The translations under genes were made by a program, and so were the position numbers. 32,000 bases of DNA, from positions 54,082 through 86,081 of the forward strand of contig JAPLKZ010000011.1 of assembly GCA_026387835.1 (NCBI GenBank), read 5' to 3'. This stretch comes from Candidatus Saganbacteria bacterium (GTDB lineage: Bacteria; Margulisbacteria; WOR-1; JAKLHX01). The notes under the pieces are model-generated. The model was given only the letters and a program-made list of their open reading frames with translations. It was not told where the DNA came from and searched no databases. Below, one piece after another: positions 26,687-32,000 of this stretch (position 1 is the stretch's first letter; the number at the start of each line of letters is the position of its first letter).

Positions 26687-26833
26687 ATGGAGATCAAAAA
26701 AGAAGAGCTGATCAAAATCGCAAAAGAAAAGGGAATTCCAGAAACAATAAAAATGCTGGCGGAAAATAAGATCACTATAAATATCACGATCAAGGAAATG
26801 CTCGATTGTTTTTTAACAAACGCAAATAAATGA
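26687..26833 (+). CDS. Small 48-aa ORF, translationally coupled to the second histidine kinase
   Basis: Not in the ORF track; hand-translated MEIKKEELIKIAKEKGIPETIKMLAENKITINITIKEMLDCFLTNANK. Its stop TGA overlaps the kinase ATG (ATGA at 26830-26833). Confidence 0.5.
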   Translation: MEIKKEELIKIAKEKGIPETIKMLAENKITINITIKEMLDCFLTNANK

Positions 26834-28947
26834 TAAAACTGATCGTTTTTATCAGCCAGATATCCCCTGTAATTGCTTCGGTGATCTGCATAATGCTGGG
26901 TTTGAGCGTTTATCTTTATAACAGCAGACTGAAAAGGAACAGGCTTTTCCTTATATTCAGCTTAATATTATCTATTTGGGCATTCTCCTGTTTTATGCAA
27001 AGTTACACGCACAGCTTTATGCTTGCACAATATTATGATATTGTGCTGTACTGCGCAGCGGTGTTTGCGCCAACAATATTTTTTCATCTTTCGGGTGAGT
27101 TCACAAAGATCAAAAGGAAGGGTTTGACAATAATATGCTACCTGGCAAGCATAACATTATTTTTTATGAACTTTTCCCCGGTATTCAGGTTCGGCGTGGT
27201 TTATTTGCAAGGCAACAGATTTGTCACCGTTCCTTCAATTGGCTGGTATATATATCTCGTGTTTTTTACTTCTATAGTAGGGGTTGCCCTTTACGATCTA
27301 TACGATTTAATAAGAAGATCTTTTGGGCAGATAAAACTACAAGCCTATTATTTGTTGATTTCTTTCGGCTTTTTGATTATTGGAGGCAGTAGTTATTTTG
27401 CTTTGATAATGTTCAAGATCAGATATCCTGCAGATGCAATATTTAATTTAATATCTTCGACAGCACTTTCCTTCTATGAAATAACAATAGCTTATGCAAT
27501 CACGCGGTATAGATTAATGGAGATCGAAGTAATAATAAGGAAAACGTTATTATATTCATCTCTCACTGCCGTCATTTCCGCCGTCTATTTTTCGCTGATC
27601 TATATCTCCGACTTCTTTTTTAAGACACTGACAGGTTACAACTTTATGTGGGTGACGATCCCATCACTGTTCGTGCTCGCCATCTTCTTTCAGCCGTTGA
27701 AGAACTACCTGCAGCAGAGGATTGACAAAACTTTTTTCAAAACTAGGTATGAGGCCGATAAAATAAGGGTCAAATTCTCGGACGGCATAAACAAGCTGAT
27801 GAAGGTGGAAGACCTTGCCGAGTATATAAACAGGGCGGCATACAAAATATTCAAGTTGAGTGGGTGCGCGACGTATATTTTTGATGAGGACCAGAGAAAA
27901 TATATCTGCTATGACGCGAGAGGGACTATGGCAGAGCAAAAAACAAAGACATTTTCGGATAACGACCCGCTGATCCTAGAGATCAAAAAAAGCCGGAAAG
28001 TGGTATTGAGGGACGAGCAAAAAGCGATGATGCAGCAGGAAGGGAATAATACCTCCAGGGTGCTTTACGAGGAGATGAAGAACATGAACGCGAGGATCTG
28101 CGTGTCCAGTCTTTCAAGAAAAAAAGATTACAGGCTGATCGCGTTCCTTATCGCCGACGAAAAAAAGTCCCAGGACCAGTTCACTTCGGAAGACATATTA
28201 TTGCTGGAGACAATAGCCAGCCAGGCGGTCCTCAATATCGAGAACGCGGTGCTTTACCAGGCGATGATAGAGGCTAAAAAAAGGAAACTGCAGATCGAAC
28301 GGCTATCGGACCTCGGGGCCGCGGCAGCGAATGTCGCGCGCGAAGCAAGAGCCGCTCTCGCGCCTATAATAAGCTTCAGCAGGCAGTTCGCGCGCAGGTG
28401 GGATGATCCCGGGTTCTTAAATAACGCCCAGGAATACCTTCCGTTCGAAGTCGAACGTCTCCGGCTGATCCTGACGGGGATCCTGGAATACTCAAGGGAA
28501 TTCAAGTACGGTCTTGAGAGGATAAATCTTAAAGATACCGTCGGCAGCATGCTCGGTATAATAAAATTCGAAGCAAGGAACAAGAATATAACTCTTGAGG
28601 AAGACATAAACGATGACATCGAGATCAACGCGGACAAGGACAGGATCAGGCATGTCATGCTGAACCTGTTTATTAATTCGATGGAAGCCATGCCGTACGG
28701 CGGTAAAATTTCTGTTTCAGGAAAAAAAGAGGAAGGGAAAGTCGTCGTCAGGGTCTCCGATACGGGCTCAGGCATCCATCATAATACGATCGATAAAATA
28801 TTCGATCCCTTCTACACCACCAAAAAGAACGCGATAGGACTGGGCCTTGCCATAGTCAGGAAAGTGATCGAGGGACACGGCGGCGCGGTAAGAGCTGAAA
28901 GCAGATCGGGGCAGGGAACAGATATTATAATAACGTTGCCGCAGTGA
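26830..28947 (+). CDS. Sensor histidine kinase-like protein 2 (paralogue of kinase 1) lacking the phospho-acceptor His
   Basis: N-terminal multi-TM, AITYAITRYRLMEIEVIIRKT-type junction, GAF-like domain, H-box position reads DLGAAAANVAREARAALAPI; N-box HVMLNLFINSMEAM, DTGSGI, FDPFYTTKKNAIGLGLAIV retained. Confidence 0.88.
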   Translation: MIKLIVFISQISPVIASVICIMLGLSVYLYNSRLKRNRLFLIFSLILSIWAFSCFMQSYTHSFMLAQYYDIVLYCAAVFAPTIFFHLSGEFTKIKRKGLTIICYLASITLFFMNFSPVFRFGVVYLQGNRFVTVPSIGWYIYLVFFTSIVGVALYDLYDLIRRSFGQIKLQAYYLLISFGFLIIGGSSYFALIMFKIRYPADAIFNLISSTALSFYEITIAYAITRYRLMEIEVIIRKTLLYSSLTAVISAVYFSLIYISDFFFKTLTGYNFMWVTIPSLFVLAIFFQPLKNYLQQRIDKTFFKTRYEADKIRVKFSDGINKLMKVEDLAEYINRAAYKIFKLSGCATYIFDEDQRKYICYDARGTMAEQKTKTFSDNDPLILEIKKSRKVVLRDEQKAMMQQEGNNTSRVLYEEMKNMNARICVSSLSRKKDYRLIAFLIADEKKSQDQFTSEDILLLETIASQAVLNIENAVLYQAMIEAKKRKLQIERLSDLGAAAANVAREARAALAPIISFSRQFARRWDDPGFLNNAQEYLPFEVERLRLILTGILEYSREFKYGLERINLKDTVGSMLGIIKFEARNKNITLEEDINDDIEINADKDRIRHVMLNLFINSMEAMPYGGKISVSGKKEEGKVVVRVSDTGSGIHHNTIDKIFDPFYTTKKNAIGLGLAIVRKVIEGHGGAVRAESRSGQGTDIIITLPQ

Positions 28948-30195
28948 TCAGCCGTTGAACTTCCTGGCTATAAGTATCGCATTATGACCGCCGAAACCGA
29001 ATGAATTGCTCATAATAACATTTACCTTCATCTCTCGTCCTTTGTTCGGGACATAATCAAGATCACATTCGGGATCGGGGACACTGTAGTTGATCGTCGG
29101 GTGGACAAAACTATGTTTTATCGAAAGCACGCTGGCCGCGAACTCAACCGCGCCGGCTGCTCCCAGAAGATGCCCGACCATGGATTTTGTTGAACTTATC
29201 GCCACCTTCCTGGCATGGTCCCCGAAGACATCCTTTATCGCGAGCGTCTCTATCTTGTCGTTCATCTGGGTGGAAGTGCCGTGGGCGTTGATATAATCGA
29301 TCTTGTCGGGGCTCAGGCGCGCGCTCTTAAGGGCGGCTTTCATCGCCCTGATGGCGCCGTTGCCGTCGGCAGCAGGCGCTGTCATGTGATAGGCGTCGCC
29401 GCTCATCCCGTAGCCGATGACCTCGGCGTATATCGTCGCCCCTCTTTTTTTCGCGTGTTCAAGTTCTTCAAGTATTACAATGCCGGAGCCTTCCCCCATT
29501 ACAAAACCGTCGCGTTCTTTATCGAAAGGCCGCGATGCTGTTTCGGGAGAGTCATTTCTGCACGAGAGCGCCTGGGCAGCGCAAAAACCCGCGATACCGA
29601 GAGGGGTTATAGATGCTTCAGTGCCGCCTGATATCATGGCGGCCGCTTCACCTCTTCTGATGATCTCATAAGCGTCGCCTATCGCGTTCGTCCCGGAAGC
29701 GCAGGCCGTGGTCACGCACGAGTTAGGCCCTTTTGCTCCCGTATTAACGGACACCATTCCTGCCGCCATGTCGTTTATCATAAGCGGTACCATAAAAGGG
29801 GATGTCTTTCCCGGGCCTTTTTCTTTTAATATATGCGCTTGTTCTTCAAGGAACTGGATCCCGCCGATCCCTGAGCCGATAATGACCCCGATCGAAGGAG
29901 CGGTATCGGGATTTATCTCAAGGTTAGCATCTTTCAGCGCCATCTGCGAAGCGGCGACCGCGAACTGGATGAACCTGACCAGCCGCCTTGCTTCTTTTTT
30001 GTCAAGATAGGCTGACGGGTCAAAACCCTTCAGTTCGCCGGCGATTTGGCAGTCAAAGGCCGCGGGATCAAAATGAGTTATACGCCTTATGCCGCTGGTC
30101 CCCGCTTTTAAAGCTTCCCAGAAAGCGTCTTTACCGAGCCCGACGGGTGTCACGGCTCCGATGCCGGTCACTACTACTTTTTTTTGATCGCTCAT
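28948..30195 (-). CDS. fabF: Beta-ketoacyl-ACP synthase II
   Basis: KKVVVTGIGAVTPVG, active Cys VTTACASGTNAIGDAY, YINAHGTSTQMND, STKSMVGHLLGAAGAVEF, NSFGFGGHNA. Confidence 0.97.
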   Translation of the reverse strand: MSDQKKVVVTGIGAVTPVGLGKDAFWEALKAGTSGIRRITHFDPAAFDCQIAGELKGFDPSAYLDKKEARRLVRFIQFAVAASQMALKDANLEINPDTAPSIGVIIGSGIGGIQFLEEQAHILKEKGPGKTSPFMVPLMINDMAAGMVSVNTGAKGPNSCVTTACASGTNAIGDAYEIIRRGEAAAMISGGTEASITPLGIAGFCAAQALSCRNDSPETASRPFDKERDGFVMGEGSGIVILEELEHAKKRGATIYAEVIGYGMSGDAYHMTAPAADGNGAIRAMKAALKSARLSPDKIDYINAHGTSTQMNDKIETLAIKDVFGDHARKVAISSTKSMVGHLLGAAGAVEFAASVLSIKHSFVHPTINYSVPDPECDLDYVPNKGREMKVNVIMSNSFGFGGHNAILIARKFNG

Positions 30196-30218
30196 CCTTT
30201 GTTATCCTCCTGAGAAGG

Positions 30219-31099
30219 TCAGGCCGCGGCAATTTTACCGCAGGCTTTTTGCGAAACGATGTCCAGGCATGCCTGGGATTCCCTCACCAGATCGTTGATA
30301 ATATCAGCGGCCGGCCTGATGCGCCTGTCTTTGATCCTGCAGACTCTTTCTCCCGAAAAGACGAGGCCGTTGTCGACATCTCCTTTTTGGGATTTCTTAA
30401 GCACGTCAAATATGCAGTACTGCTTCGAGCAGTTTTTCAGGCAGTCATCGCAATAGGGGATGTCCGGATAAATGCCTTTGTCCATATTTTCCGTAAGCTT
30501 TGTTATAAGAGCCCTTCCTGGAAGGCCCACGGGACTTTTGATTATGATCACATCCTCTGGCTTTGTCGCTCTCTGGTGGACCGCTTTGTACTCGGGCGCG
30601 GCGTTACATTCCTCGGCCAGGATAAAACTCGTGGCTATCTGCACTCCGTCGGCGCCGAGACTTATCATCTTCGCGATCCTTTCGCCGTCGGTTATGCCTC
30701 CTGCCGCGATGACAGGGATATCGGACACGGCTTCTTTGACTTCTTTTAAAAGAGTCTCCGTGTCCTTATCAAGGGTGCCGAGATGTCCCTGGAAAAGCCC
30801 GCTCCGGAAGTAATAAAGTCGATCTTTTCCCTTATGGCGGTGTTGACGATCCCGAGAAAATCTTTCGCGGCATAAAGGATGTTGATCCCGATTATGCCGC
30901 CATTGGCTATCTTCCTTGCGATCCTTATCTCGTTGGCGAGCTCATCATGCTCCATTCCCGAGGCGCCAATGACACCAACGGCGCCGGTAGCGGCCACAGA
31001 GCCCGCGAGCTTTCCGGTGGATATCCTTATGGACATCCCTCCCTGTATGATCGGTATTTTTGCTACCAGATCGCCGATTTTAAGTTCCGGCAGTTTCAT
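30219..31099 (-). pseudogene. fabK: Enoyl-ACP reductase II / nitronate monooxygenase-family gene, interrupted by a frame-changing internal deletion (or assembly error)
   Basis: N-part (30746-31099) MKLPELKIGDLVAKIPIIQGGMS...IDFITSGAGFSRDI; C-part in another frame GHLGTLDKDTETLLKEVKEAVSDIPVIAAGGITDGERIAKMISLGADGVQIATSF...CDDCLKNCSKQYC. The segment normally between the GAG and GGHLG motifs is absent. Confidence 0.75.
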
Positions 31100-31165
31100 A
31101 ATAAATAATACGGCCGACAGAACGTTTTTTAGTAAAACGCGTTGCCGAACGTCCTTAATGGGCCT

Positions 31166-31417
31166 TTAATTCTTGGAATGGGACATTACATACGTGACCG
31201 TGTCCCCGACAGTCTTTATCTTTTCGGCTTCCTCGTCAGGTATCTCAAGACCGAAAGATTCTTCAAGAGCCATGACCAGCTCTACGGTATCAAGGGAATC
31301 AGCTCCCAGGTCGTCGACAAAGGAAGCGGTCTTTGTCACCTCCGCGTCGCTCACCCCGAGCTGTTCAACGACTACTTTCTTAACGTCCTCAAATACTTTC
31401 TGTTCATCAAGTGCCAA
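31166..31417 (-). CDS. acpP: Acyl carrier protein
   Basis: 83-aa acidic protein with the phosphopantetheine site [21 protein letters not shown]. Confidence 0.97.
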   Translation of the reverse strand: MALDEQKVFEDVKKVVVEQLGVSDAEVTKTASFVDDLGADSLDTVELVMALEESFGLEIPDEEAEKIKTVGDTVTYVMSHSKN

Positions 31418-31451
31418 TTAACTCACCCCCTTTTAACTATTTGACTTTCCC

Positions 31452-32000
31452 TTACATGTACATCCCGCCGTTGACGTTGATGACCTGGCCGGTCACGTAT
31501 CCCGCGTCGGACGCGAGATAGACAACAGCTTTAGCAACGTCACGGGGCAGGCCCAGAGAGCCCATCGGAATCTGAGCCTTAAGTTTTTCCTGGATATCGG
31601 CTGGCAGTTTTTTTGTCATCTCGGTGTCGATGAAGCCTGGCGCGACCGCGTTGACCGTAATCCCGCGGCTGGCAAGCTCTCTTGCCGCTGTCTTTGTCAG
31701 GGCGATCACTCCGCCTTTTGAAGCGGAATAATTGGCCTGCCCCGCGTTCCCCATCTCCCCGACGATGGAAGCGATATTTATTATCCTGCCGGACCTTTGT
31801 TTCATCATAACAGGGGAGACAGCCTTGATGCCGTTGAAAACGCTTTTTAGATTGACATCAAGCACCAGGTCCCAGTCTTCTTCTTTCATCCTCATTATCA
31901 GGCCGTCCCGCGTTATTCCGGCGTTATTTACCAGGATATCGATCTTTGCGAACTGGGAATGGACCGATTTGACCGCTTCTTCGAACTCTTTTGTGTCAGC
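31452..32000 (-). CDS. fabG: 3-oxoacyl-ACP reductase, partial at right window edge
   Basis: Frame stays open past the track start at 31895 to the window end ([43 protein letters not shown]...); [49 protein letters not shown]. Confidence 0.95.
   Translation of the reverse strand, partial: ADTKEFEEAVKSVHSQFAKIDILVNNAGITRDGLIMRMKEEDWDLVLDVNLKSVFNGIKAVSPVMMKQRSGRIINIASIVGEMGNAGQANYSASKGGVIALTKTAARELASRGITVNAVAPGFIDTEMTKKLPADIQEKLKAQIPMGSLGLPRDVAKAVVYLASDAGYVTGQVINVNGGMYM

Noticed and set aside
29988-30749. 253-aa plus-strand ORF
   Set aside because: Antisense to the fabK-like coding sequence and the fabF start; cysteine/arginine-rich with no domain resemblance. A shadow ORF in GC-rich DNA.
1-32000. 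tRNA, rRNA, phage structural genes or restriction/defence systems
   Set aside because: No recognisable tRNA/rRNA sequence, capsid/terminase/integrase motifs or nuclease/methylase motifs were seen by eye. A tRNAscan/Rfam run would be needed to exclude small RNAs.

Overview
The window (about 32 kb) appears to come from a Gram-negative-type bacterium, judging from several predicted outer-membrane beta-barrels; lineage was not determined. From left to right it holds: (i) the edge of a divergent UDP-GlcNAc 2-epimerase-like gene and a GT2 glycosyltransferase (minus strand). (ii) A probable mannan or beta-glycan utilisation operon: a GH2 beta-mannosidase-like enzyme, two CUT1-type ABC sugar permeases, two GH26 enzymes and a secreted CBM-like protein. 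(iii) A surface-structure-like cluster of three paralogous small secreted beta-sandwich proteins, a PapD/DUF916-like chaperone-type protein and an outer-membrane barrel with an N-terminal pilus/secretin-like domain and C-terminal SdrD-like repeats. (iv) A subtilisin-like S8 protease with a FlgD/T9SS-like C-terminal domain, convergent with a 1342-aa repeat-rich outer-membrane protein. (v) A DUF4143-type AAA ATPase bracketed by 33-nt direct repeats. (vi) A hotdog thioesterase / 7TM-type histidine kinase / alpha-oxoamine-synthase-like PLP enzyme / 48-aa ORF / second histidine kinase module. (vii) A minus-strand fatty-acid operon (fabG-acpP-fabK-like-fabF) whose fabK-like gene has lost its middle. 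The strongest novelty candidates are: a beta-propeller of about 320 aa inserted in the periplasmic P1 loop of the MalG-like permease, in a locus with no visible solute-binding protein or ATPase; the possible acyl-derived signalling module with two kinases, the second lacking the phospho-accepting His (H to R), mosaic base composition and duplicated promoter-like elements; and the non-canonical chaperone/barrel/subunit cluster. All homology calls come from reading motifs by eye; no database search was run.
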